A stretch of DNA of 64,000 nucleotides from Myxococcales bacterium (lineage in GTDB: Bacteria > Myxococcota_A > UBA9042 > JABWCM01 > BTVJ01): positions 1 to 64,000 of the forward strand of contig BTVJ01000037.1 of NCBI GenBank assembly GCA_045863395.1, written 5' to 3'. The notes under the pieces are model-generated. The model did not search any database, had not been told where the DNA came from, and was given only the letters and a program-made list of their open reading frames with translations. Within the stretch, counting starts at the first letter, position 1; each line of letters opens with the position of its first letter. The position numbers and the translations under genes are program-made. Positions 47,581 to 56,414 of this stretch are shown here, in pieces.

Positions 47581-48489
47581 ATGGGCTGGGACCTGACGGC
47601 GCTCGTGGATCCAGCGCGCCCCGAGGACACCGGTGCGCTGCTCGTGGCGTGGGCGGCCGCCTTTGGAGACGGGGTCGCCGAGGCCACGCTGCGAGGCGGC
47701 GCCATCGCCGGGGCGCGTCGCGCGGTGATCCGCGGCGCCGCGCAGGTGCAGGGGGCGCTCGCCGAGTGGGCGGCGGAGCACGTGCGCGACGACGGCGCGC
47801 TCGACGTGGAGCTGCTGCTCGACGTGGAGGGCGACCCCGACATCTGGCCCGCGCCCGTCGCCCTGGCCTGCGGACCACGGCACGCCGGACCCCAGGGCAC
47901 GGGGCGCCGCGTGCCGCTGGTGCTGGGCTTCGGGGACCGGCGCGCCTACGCGGAGGGGGTACGCCTCGCCGGGGGGGTGACCCTGGACGAGACCTTCGTG
48001 CGTCAGGCCCTGGAGGGGATGTGCCGCGCGCTGCGCCCGACGACCCTGGTCCTCGAGGAGGAGCAGGCTACGGGGCTCCCGCTCAACGCGCACCTCGTCT
48101 ACCACCGCGACGTGAGCGGCTTCGAGCAGGATCTGCGAGACATCGCCCAAATGACGCTGCACGGGGGAGGCGGCCTGGACGGGGCGCGGGCGCACGTCCC
48201 CAAGCTCTCCGAGGCGCTTCGGACCTTCCGCATCGTGTTCGCGGGGCGCGTCCCGGAGCACAGCCGCGAGCTGGTCCGCCTGCTGGAGGCGCACGCGGCG
48301 GCGGTGATGGATCCGGCCTGGTCTCTCGATCACGGCACGCTGGAGCGGGCGCTGCTGGAGTCGGAGGATCTGGACCTCTTCGCCGACGACGGCCACGGGG
48401 TGGGCTTCGCAGCGCTGCCGTTCCTGGAGGAGGTCTGCGAGGACCCCTACGTGGCGCTCCTGGAGGCGGCGGCGGGGGGGCGCTCATGA
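47581..48489 (+). CDS. Hypothetical acidic protein, putative immunity protein
   Basis: ATG directly abuts toxin TAG; no signal peptide; function inferred from position only. Confidence 0.65.
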   Translation: MGWDLTALVDPARPEDTGALLVAWAAAFGDGVAEATLRGGAIAGARRAVIRGAAQVQGALAEWAAEHVRDDGALDVELLLDVEGDPDIWPAPVALACGPRHAGPQGTGRRVPLVLGFGDRRAYAEGVRLAGGVTLDETFVRQALEGMCRALRPTTLVLEEEQATGLPLNAHLVYHRDVSGFEQDLRDIAQMTLHGGGGLDGARAHVPKLSEALRTFRIVFAGRVPEHSRELVRLLEAHAAAVMDPAWSLDHGTLERALLESEDLDLFADDGHGVGFAALPFLEEVCEDPYVALLEAAAGGRS

Positions 48490-49265
48490 GCGCACCGTGG
48501 ACGACGGGTGAGGGGCGCTTCCTGATCCTGCCGCGCCAGGCCGGGTCTCCCGAGCGCGGCTGCGGGCCCGGGTTCGACGAGGAGACGGGGGCCGACGTCC
48601 TGATCACCGTCAGCGGGCTGCAGGAGAGCACCGCGCAGACGCTGCGGGCCTCCCTGGCGCCGGACGTCCCCGGGGTGTCGCGGCTGCTGCACGTCGGCCC
48701 CGTCGACGGGCAGCCGCTCTGGGCGCTGGTGGAGGAGCTGCCGCCCGACGCCGCGCCCGTCGGCGAGCGCCGCGGCGACCCGCTGCCCACCGGCGAGGTC
48801 GCGCGGCTCGTCGCGCGGATCGGCGACGCCATCCGCCAGGCTCACGCCCGTGGGCGCCCGCTCGTCGGGCTCCGCCCGGAGCTGGTCTTCCGCGGCCCGG
48901 ACGCCGTGATGGTCGCCCCCCGCTGCGAGCCCTTCCTGACGACGGCCGCGAGGCCCTGTACGGGCCAGCTCCCGGTGTTTCCGCGCGTCTATCTGTCTCC
49001 GGAGGCGCTGGCGCTGCGGCCCGTGGACGAGCGGAGCGACGTGTTCTCTCTGTGCGCCATGGCCGCCGCGTGGGTGACGGGGGTGCACCCCTTCGAGGAG
49101 ACCACCCTCATGGCGCACGTCATGGCCATCGCCTCCGGGTCGCCGGGGCGTCTGCCAGACCCGTGGGACGGCCCGCTGCGTGCCGGGATGGCGCGAGACC
49201 CTGCCGCCCGGATCCGCGTCGACGCGCTGCTGGAGCAGGTCGCTCGGCTGGAGCACGACCCGTGA
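48486..49265 (+). CDS. Ser/Thr kinase-like protein, probable pseudokinase
   Basis: ATGA overlap; WALVEEL, QAHARG, LVGLRPELV in place of HRDLKPxN, YLSPE, DERSDVFSL, GVHPF, DPAAR. Confidence 0.75.
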   Translation: MSAPWTTGEGRFLILPRQAGSPERGCGPGFDEETGADVLITVSGLQESTAQTLRASLAPDVPGVSRLLHVGPVDGQPLWALVEELPPDAAPVGERRGDPLPTGEVARLVARIGDAIRQAHARGRPLVGLRPELVFRGPDAVMVAPRCEPFLTTAARPCTGQLPVFPRVYLSPEALALRPVDERSDVFSLCAMAAAWVTGVHPFEETTLMAHVMAIASGSPGRLPDPWDGPLRAGMARDPAARIRVDALLEQVARLEHDP

Positions 49266-51337
49266 CCGACGGAGAGCAGGCAGCAGGGCCCGACGCCCGC
49301 TTCCTCGCCGACGTAGTGCTGGCGTGGCTCTCGGCGCTGCTCGACGGGGCGGCCTCGGACGACGGCGCAGGGGCCCTGCGAGAGGAGTGGGGGCGCATCG
49401 TGGGGCCGGGTCGGAGCGATCTGGCGCTCACCCGCGTGGCGAACCAGCTCTCGCTTGACTCCGTCGACCAGCTCCTGCTGGTCCTGGCGGTCGCCCCGTA
49501 TCTGGACCCGCGCTTTCGCGACCGCTACCGCGCGCTCCAGCGCTCGGGCCTGGCGGACCGCTGCACGGTCGCCCTGGCGCTGGACCTGCTCTGGCCGGAC
49601 GGCGCCTCCCGTCTCTCTGCCTTGTCGCGCTTCGGGCGCGAGCGCCCGCTCCTGCGCAGCGGGCTCGTCACCCTGGAGCCCGCGCCCAACTCCACCGGCG
49701 ATGCGCTGGTCGACCAGATGCTCTGCGTCCCCCAGCGGACGGTGGATCTGCTGCTCGGCTCGCCGCGCCTCGACGAGCGCACGCGCCAGTATTGCGTCGT
49801 CGAGTCTGACCCGGTGCGCATCGACCAGGTCATCGTGGCGGAGGCGTCGAAGCGGGAGGTGCTCTCGCTGGTGCGCAACCACGGCGCGTTCCGGAGTCAC
49901 GCGCGCAGGCTCGGCTTCGAGCGGGCCATCCCCTACGGCCGGAGCATCACGATCCTGCTCGCGGGCGCTCCGGGCACGGGGAAGACGCTGTTTGCCCGCG
50001 CGCTGGCGTCCACGGTGGGCCGCCCCCTCATCCGGGTGTTCTCCGACAAGCTGGCGGAGTCGCAGGAGGCCATCGAGCCTGCGGTGACGGCGCTCTTCCA
50101 CGACGCGCTGCTCAACGACGCGGTCGTGTTCTTCGACGAGTGCGAGGGGTTGTTCGGACACCGCGGCACGAAGCTCGGGTTCCTGCTGGCGGAGATGGAG
50201 CGCTTCACGGGGGTGCTGCTGCTGGCGACCAACGCCCCGCAGGCCCTGGACCCAGCGCTGGACCGGCGCATCGTCTACCGCATGGACTTCGAGCTGCCGG
50301 ACCCGGTCGAGCGCGAGCAGATCTGGGAGCTCCACCTGCCGCCGGAGGCGCCGCTCGACGGCGACGTGGACCTGCCGCTGCTCGCCAACCTGTTCAACTT
50401 CCCCGGGGGGACCATCAAGAACTCGGTGCTCGTGGCGCTCAACAAGGCCATCGAGCGGTCCGCGGAGGCTCCGACCATCGACATGGGGCTGCTGCGCTCG
50501 GCGGCGGAGAGCCAGCTCCGCTACAACCTGGACGACTTCGCCGTGCGCAGCCGCGTGCGGCTCACCCTCGACGACCTGGTGCTGCCGGCCGCCGAGCGCG
50601 AGAAGCTCGACGAGATCCTGGAGGCCTGCCGCAACAAGGACTTCGTGCTGAACAAGTGGGGCTTCGGGGAGCGCCTCGTCACGGGGAAGGGCATCGGCTG
50701 CCTCTTCGACGGGCCACCCGGCACGGGCAAGACCCTGTGCGCCGAGATCCTGGCCCGGGAGCTGTCTCGGCAGCTCTTCCGCGTCCACATCCCGAACATC
50801 GTGAGCAAGTGGGTCGGTGAGACAGAGAAGAACATTGCCGAGATCTTCGGCCGCGCCCGCGCCACCCACGCGATCCTGCTCTTCGACGAGGCGGACAGCC
50901 TGTTCGGCAAGCGCACGGAGGTCAAGTCGTCCAATGACCGGTATGCCAACCAGGAGGTGAACCTCCTGCTGCAGGAGATCGAGCGCTTCGAGGGCATCGT
51001 GGTCCTGACGACCAACCTGTTCGGCGGGCTGGACGACGCCCTGAAGCGGCGCATCCACTACCGCATCAGCTTCCCCAAGCCGGAGCTCGCCGAGCGGGTG
51101 ACTCTCTGGCGGCGCCTCATCCCGCGGGAGGCGCCGCTGGCTCCGGACGTCGACTTCCAGGCGCTCGGCAAGGTCTACCCGTTCAGCGGCGGAAACATCA
51201 AGAACGCGGTGCTCCGCGCGGCCTACCGGGCGTGCGCCGACGGGGGAGTCCTGACGATGAGGCACCTCTCCGACGCGGCGCGCCTGGAGTGCGAGTCTGC
51301 GGGCATCCTGGTGCGGGAGGCGCCCGTGGTCGGCTGA
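49262..51337 (+). CDS. Double-domain AAA+ ATPase, Afp15/Pvc15-like
   Basis: GTGA overlap; N-terminal winged-helix-like region; GAPGTGKT/VFFDECE and GPPGTGKT/LLFDEAD; SKWVGETEKN, DRYANQEVNLLLQ. Confidence 0.9.
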   Translation: MTDGEQAAGPDARFLADVVLAWLSALLDGAASDDGAGALREEWGRIVGPGRSDLALTRVANQLSLDSVDQLLLVLAVAPYLDPRFRDRYRALQRSGLADRCTVALALDLLWPDGASRLSALSRFGRERPLLRSGLVTLEPAPNSTGDALVDQMLCVPQRTVDLLLGSPRLDERTRQYCVVESDPVRIDQVIVAEASKREVLSLVRNHGAFRSHARRLGFERAIPYGRSITILLAGAPGTGKTLFARALASTVGRPLIRVFSDKLAESQEAIEPAVTALFHDALLNDAVVFFDECEGLFGHRGTKLGFLLAEMERFTGVLLLATNAPQALDPALDRRIVYRMDFELPDPVEREQIWELHLPPEAPLDGDVDLPLLANLFNFPGGTIKNSVLVALNKAIERSAEAPTIDMGLLRSAAESQLRYNLDDFAVRSRVRLTLDDLVLPAAEREKLDEILEACRNKDFVLNKWGFGERLVTGKGIGCLFDGPPGTGKTLCAEILARELSRQLFRVHIPNIVSKWVGETEKNIAEIFGRARATHAILLFDEADSLFGKRTEVKSSNDRYANQEVNLLLQEIERFEGIVVLTTNLFGGLDDALKRRIHYRISFPKPELAERVTLWRRLIPREAPLAPDVDFQALGKVYPFSGGNIKNAVLRAAYRACADGGVLTMRHLSDAARLECESAGILVREAPVVG

Positions 51338-51542
51338 CCCGGCGCCCGGCGTCAGGACCACCTGGCGCGAGCGCGTCCGCATGAGAGGAGGGGGCCTCCC
51401 GGCGAGGGGGAGGGCACCTTCGGGGACGCGTCGGAGTGGTCCGCCGTCGCGAGGTCCGCACCGACCCCACCGGGGCCCCGCTCCGCGCTTGTGGCGGGGC
51501 CCGCGCGCACGTAGCATGGGGAGCCCCGCCCACCGGAGGACC

Positions 51543-53969
51543 GTGTTGCGCCTTTGTCTCGTCGCCCCCGCCCTCGCACTCCTCGTGGCCTGCATGCCCC
51601 AGCGCATCCCCGGGCAGGATGACGTCCCCGACTCCGTGGCGGCGCTCGACGTCGGCGCGGATGGGGAGGCCGACTCGGCCGAGGACGCCGTCGCCGACGT
51701 GGAGCCGCTGCCGGATGTGGTTGTCGCCGACGCCGCTGAGGACGTGCCTGTGCTGGACGTCCCCAAGCCGCTGGACCTGGGGCCCGCGGACGTCGCCGAC
51801 ACCGCCGCGCCGCTCCCCACCGGGCCGTGCGACTTCGTCGGGCTGCTGGGTGGCGGGGACCCCGTGAGCGAGGCGGCCCACACGGTCGGCGCGTACCGGG
51901 TGACCGTGGACCCCTTCGCCCTGCGTGCCTGGCACGAGAGCGAGCCCGGGCAGGACGTCGTGGCCACCGCCCTGTCGGGCGGCATGGTCCACGCGCGGGC
52001 GGGGGCCCTTCAGGTCTCGGAGGTGGGCGCGACCTGGGCCGTCGCGTTTGCCCCGGGCACCACCTGCACCGGGGCGCGGGTCGCGACCGTGGCGAGCGCC
52101 CATGAGCGTGCCGTCATCGCGGGCTACTTCGACGACGGCGGCCCCTGCCTGGGCCTGACCTTCCGCGTGTCGCTGTGCCAGCCGCGCCCCGACGAGCTGC
52201 GCCTGCTGGTGGAGCTGGTCGGCGAGGGCTTTGCCACGGCGACCCTGCGCCTCGCGTCGGACCCGGGGGAGCGGATCCTGGGCCTCGGCGCCCAGGCCCC
52301 CGTGACGACCCTGAACCTCAAGGGGCGGACGATCCCCGTGCTCGTCCGCCCGGGCGGCATCGGCCGCGGGCAGTCTCCGGTCACGGAGCTGGTGGAGGCG
52401 GAGACCCCCGGCGCCGGCGGGTCGCCGGACAGCACGCCCTACCCCGTGCCCTTCTTCATGACCAGCGCCAGCCGGGGGCTGTACCTGGCCCACGACGAGG
52501 TGTCCCTGTTCACCTTTGCCCCCAAGGCCACCGAGGTCAGCGCCCGGCGGTCTCCCCTCGACGTCCGGGTCCTCCGGGGGCCGACCCCGCTCGCCCTGGT
52601 GCAGCAGCTCACCGAGGTGACCGGCCGCGCCACGCCGCCCCCCGCCTGGGTCGAAGAGGGCGCGATCATCGGCCTCTCGAGCGGGACGGGGCCGGCCCTC
52701 ATCCACCTCGACGCGCTCCTCGAGCAGGGGGCGTTGGTCTCGGCGGTGTGGCGCCCGGACTGGAGCGGCGCGGGCCGCCCGTGGAGCTGGCCCATGCCCC
52801 CCGACGATGCAAAGACGTGGGCAACGTGGGGCGCCACGCTCGCGGACCGCGGCATCCGCACGCTCTGCCAGGTGGACCCCGTGCTGCGGCCCGTCGCGGG
52901 TGGTCCAGGTGGGGCCCGGGACCTCTACGCAGAGGCGGTGGAGGGGGGCCTCGTCGTGACTGTCGAGGGTGCCCCCGCGGTCGTGACGGGTGACGACGGC
53001 GTGGACGGGGTCCTCCTCGACGCCACAAACCCCGCCGCGGCCGCGTGGATGAAGGACGTCCTCCAGAAGCTGGTCCAGGGGGCCGCCGGCTGCGACGGCT
53101 GGACCGCTCCCGGCGGGGAGCTGTTCCCCGTGGAGGCGGTCGCGGACGGAGACTCCGACAGCGCCCACAACCTCTACCCCGTCGCCTGGGCGCACCTGCT
53201 GTCGGAGGCCGTGGCAGGGCAGGGGCTGGTCCTGGCGCGGGCCGGCTTCACGGGGACCCCGGCGTCAGGAGCAGTCCCCTGGACCGGCGAGCAGCTCACC
53301 ACCTGGGACGACCAGGACGGCTTTGCCAGCGCCCTCCGCGCCTTGATCGGTGGGGGAATCTCGGGCATCGCCTACAACCACATGGAGACCGGCGGCAGCA
53401 CGTCCGTCGCTTCTCTGGGACTCGTCTTGGGGCGCGAGCCGGAGCTGCTGCGCAGGTGGGTCGAGGCGAGCGCGTTCACGGCGCTGCTCCGCACCCACGA
53501 GGGAGACTCTCCCGAGGACAACGCCCAGATCTACAGCGACCCTGAGTCCATGGAGCACTTCGCTCGTTTCACGCGGGTCTACAAGGCGCTCGCGTTCTAC
53601 CGGGGCCAGCTCCACGAGCAGGCCACGAGTCAGGGCTGGCCGCTGGTGCGCCACCTGGCGCTCCACACTCCCGGCGATGCCCCGTCCTGGCTCGTCGACG
53701 ACGAGTTCCTGCTGGGAAGCGAGATCCTGGTCGCACCGAGCGTGGAGCGCTGCCTGACGCCCCCGGACTGCCCCCACGAGCGCAAGGTCTACCTGCCGCC
53801 GGGAGTCTGGACCCACCTGTGGACGGGCAAGGACTACGGGGTGATGGCGAGCGGAACGAAAGTCACCGTGGAGGCCCCGGTCGGGCGACCCGCGGTGTTC
53901 TACCGCAAGGCGTCGCCGGTCGGCCTGTCCTTCGTCCAGAACCTGACGTTGCTCGGTGTGGAGCTCTGA
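51543..53969 (+). CDS. GH31 (YihQ-like) lipoprotein with substituted catalytic residues
   Basis: GGAGGA RBS; LLVAC lipobox; YPVPFFMTS, HNLYP, LRTHEG, FLLGSEILVAP, VYLP, PVGRPAVF. Confidence 0.82.
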   Translation: MLRLCLVAPALALLVACMPQRIPGQDDVPDSVAALDVGADGEADSAEDAVADVEPLPDVVVADAAEDVPVLDVPKPLDLGPADVADTAAPLPTGPCDFVGLLGGGDPVSEAAHTVGAYRVTVDPFALRAWHESEPGQDVVATALSGGMVHARAGALQVSEVGATWAVAFAPGTTCTGARVATVASAHERAVIAGYFDDGGPCLGLTFRVSLCQPRPDELRLLVELVGEGFATATLRLASDPGERILGLGAQAPVTTLNLKGRTIPVLVRPGGIGRGQSPVTELVEAETPGAGGSPDSTPYPVPFFMTSASRGLYLAHDEVSLFTFAPKATEVSARRSPLDVRVLRGPTPLALVQQLTEVTGRATPPPAWVEEGAIIGLSSGTGPALIHLDALLEQGALVSAVWRPDWSGAGRPWSWPMPPDDAKTWATWGATLADRGIRTLCQVDPVLRPVAGGPGGARDLYAEAVEGGLVVTVEGAPAVVTGDDGVDGVLLDATNPAAAAWMKDVLQKLVQGAAGCDGWTAPGGELFPVEAVADGDSDSAHNLYPVAWAHLLSEAVAGQGLVLARAGFTGTPASGAVPWTGEQLTTWDDQDGFASALRALIGGGISGIAYNHMETGGSTSVASLGLVLGREPELLRRWVEASAFTALLRTHEGDSPEDNAQIYSDPESMEHFARFTRVYKALAFYRGQLHEQATSQGWPLVRHLALHTPGDAPSWLVDDEFLLGSEILVAPSVERCLTPPDCPHERKVYLPPGVWTHLWTGKDYGVMASGTKVTVEAPVGRPAVFYRKASPVGLSFVQNLTLLGVEL

Positions 53970-53999
53970 CTCCGGCTGTCGCGCCAGAGACCCGGGGGA

Positions 54000-56360
54000 T
54001 CAGGGCGCCCGCCTCTCTTCAGGCGGCGGGCGCACCGGCTGCCGCAGCCCCGGCACGGGCCGGGGCGCAGACAGCCTCGGGAGCGCACCTGCCCCCAACC
54101 GCAGGGGCTCGACCCCGGCAGCCTGCTCGAGCGGGCCGTAGATCGCATACAAGTAGACCATCAGGGTCCGTCGCAGCTCCCGCGCCACGTCGGGTCGCGC
54201 GACGAGCAGATTCTCGCGCTCGTAGTAGTCCCACCTCCAGTCGTAGAGCCACGCCTCCCCGGTCAGGCGATTGAGGATGAAGTTCCACTGGTCGGTGCGT
54301 ACCGAGAGGTGGCGCAGCGGGTCGTTTCCCTTCCACAGCGACTCGGTGATGTAGAACTGGTGAAACGTCACCTGGGGGCGTTGATCCTTGCCGTCGATGA
54401 GTGCGGGAACCAAGCTGAACCCCTCAAATGGAAACTGCCCCTCGAGCCCAAGGACGTTCACGATGGTGGGCGCGATGTCCAGGGTGGTCGCGATGGCCTT
54501 GACCCGCCGGGGTTTCACGAACGGGGCGCTCACGATCATCGGCACGTGCAGAGACACCGTGTTCAGGTCCTGCCCGTAGTGCCTCTTGGCGTGCCGCGGC
54601 ACGTCGAAGCCGATGCCGTGGTCCCCCGTGACGATGATCAGGACGTCCCCCGAGTAGGCCTTCTGGATGCCGTCGAGCAGGCGCCCCACCTGGCGGTCCG
54701 TGTGAGCCAGCTCGGCGTCGTAGATGTCCTGCTCCTCGGGTCCGAAGGGGCCGATGTCCGCCGGCGGGATGTGGGGAGAGTGGGGGTCGAAGTAGTGGGC
54801 CCAGAGGAACAGCGGCTTCGTGCGCTGCTGCGCCACGATGGTCAGCGCCGCGTCGGTCACCTGCCGCGCCGTGTGGTCGTTGGTGGGCCCCCACGCCAGG
54901 GCGGGCCCCTCCTGCACGTGGTTGAACCCCTGGGTCAGCCCCTTCCACCGCGAGGTCTTGAAGTAGGACGCCGGGAGGACGGCGGCGGTGTCGTAGCCGT
55001 TGTCGCGCAGGACCTCGGCCAGCATCAGGTTCGAGGGCTCGAGCGGGTAGGGGTGCTTCCCCTCCAGGCGCCGGGCGATCTGGCTGTCCCAGCGGGACGT
55101 GAACAGCGCAGGAAAGGAGAGGCGCGTCGACGGGCCCTGCGTGAACGTGTTCTCGAACAGGACCGCGCTCTTGGTAAAGCGCTTCAGGTGGGGAGTCGTC
55201 GGGCGGTGATACCCGAGGAGGGTGGTGTTCCGAGCGGCCAGCGTGTCGATGGTCACGATGACGATGGGGAGGCTCTCCGGGATGTGCCCGGTGACGGGGT
55301 AGCCCCACTGGCCGCGAACCTCCATGATGCCCGAGTCCAGGTCGCCGTCCGCGCAGTCTTGATCGATGCCGTCGTTGGGGATGTCGATGGCGCCTGGGTG
55401 CACCCGGGGGTCGAGGGGCTTGCAGTCTCCCCCGCCGAACATGGAGAGATAGCCGTCGCGGTCCACGTCGAGCGCCGGGCGCAGCAGGGTGAGCGCGAGG
55501 CGGCTCGCCAGCAGGCGCTCCCCGAGCACCTCGCGGGCGACCTGCGCCGAGGGCGACAGGGTGACCGCGTGGGCGCCGGACACCGCCAACAGCACCGTGA
55601 GGACTCCGGTGGCGGTCCAGCGCCACACCCGCCGCTCCAGCCTGGCCCGCAGCGACAGGGTCGCCACGACCGCGACGGCCAGGGCGACCATCGCTCGCAG
55701 CGTCGCCTCCCACGGCAGGAACGACACCACCCACCAGTTGACGATGATCACATACAGGGTCGCGGCTACGGCCAGCACGGCCAGCAGGCCGAGTGGCCCG
55801 ACGGCCCGGTTGACCACGGCGCGCACACCGGGGATGCGAGACAGGAGCCCCAGCGTCGCCCCGAACAGCGCCCGAGCAAAGGGGAGCAGGAGCAGGCCAA
55901 CGACCGCGAGCAGCAGATGCAGGGCGAGCACTGCCAGTGCGATGAGGTCGGGGCGCGCCCACTCGACGACGAGCCCCCGCGTCACGCCCAGGGAGACCAC
56001 CGCGGCGCCAGCAAGCAGGCACAGCCCGCCGAGCACGCCGCCCGCGCGGCGGTGGTGCTCCTGCGGAGTGCCGGCCGTGAGCCAGCGCCACGCGGCTCGG
56101 GCGGCGACGCGCCCCGCCTCGTCGCCCCGCTGGGGCCCCAGGGAGACGGCCCACACGATCCCGAGACCAGAGCCCACGCCCAGGCCCGCCAGCAGAGACA
56201 GGAACAGACCCGCCAGGGCCCCGGACGCCAGGCCCCCGGCAGGCGGTGGGTTCTCGGAGAGCGCGGCCGCCACCACGTCCGTCGCCCACTGGGCCATGGC
56301 TCCCAGCACTGCGAAGCTCACCGCGACCGTCACGTTTCGCCGGAACGACCCCATCGTCAC
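54000..56360 (-). CDS. Membrane-anchored sulfatase/alkaline-phosphatase-superfamily protein
   Basis: Multiple N-terminal TMs; DCKPLDPRVHPGAIDIPNDGIDQDC motif; IVTIDTL, QGPSTRLS, WAHYFDPH, YDAELAHTD, TGDHG, LHVP. Confidence 0.88.
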   Translation of the reverse strand: MTMGSFRRNVTVAVSFAVLGAMAQWATDVVAAALSENPPPAGGLASGALAGLFLSLLAGLGVGSGLGIVWAVSLGPQRGDEAGRVAARAAWRWLTAGTPQEHHRRAGGVLGGLCLLAGAAVVSLGVTRGLVVEWARPDLIALAVLALHLLLAVVGLLLLPFARALFGATLGLLSRIPGVRAVVNRAVGPLGLLAVLAVAATLYVIIVNWWVVSFLPWEATLRAMVALAVAVVATLSLRARLERRVWRWTATGVLTVLLAVSGAHAVTLSPSAQVAREVLGERLLASRLALTLLRPALDVDRDGYLSMFGGGDCKPLDPRVHPGAIDIPNDGIDQDCADGDLDSGIMEVRGQWGYPVTGHIPESLPIVIVTIDTLAARNTTLLGYHRPTTPHLKRFTKSAVLFENTFTQGPSTRLSFPALFTSRWDSQIARRLEGKHPYPLEPSNLMLAEVLRDNGYDTAAVLPASYFKTSRWKGLTQGFNHVQEGPALAWGPTNDHTARQVTDAALTIVAQQRTKPLFLWAHYFDPHSPHIPPADIGPFGPEEQDIYDAELAHTDRQVGRLLDGIQKAYSGDVLIIVTGDHGIGFDVPRHAKRHYGQDLNTVSLHVPMIVSAPFVKPRRVKAIATTLDIAPTIVNVLGLEGQFPFEGFSLVPALIDGKDQRPQVTFHQFYITESLWKGNDPLRHLSVRTDQWNFILNRLTGEAWLYDWRWDYYERENLLVARPDVARELRRTLMVYLYAIYGPLEQAAGVEPLRLGAGALPRLSAPRPVPGLRQPVRPPPEERRAP

Positions 56361-56414
56361 CTCGCGGCCCTGCTACCACGGCCCGGCGCAGCCTTCAAGT
56401 GTGCGGGCGTCATG

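Noticed and set aside
42514..48396. 1960-aa minus-strand ORF
   Set aside because: Antisense shadow of the toxin and immunity genes; no motifs; expected from GC-rich codon bias
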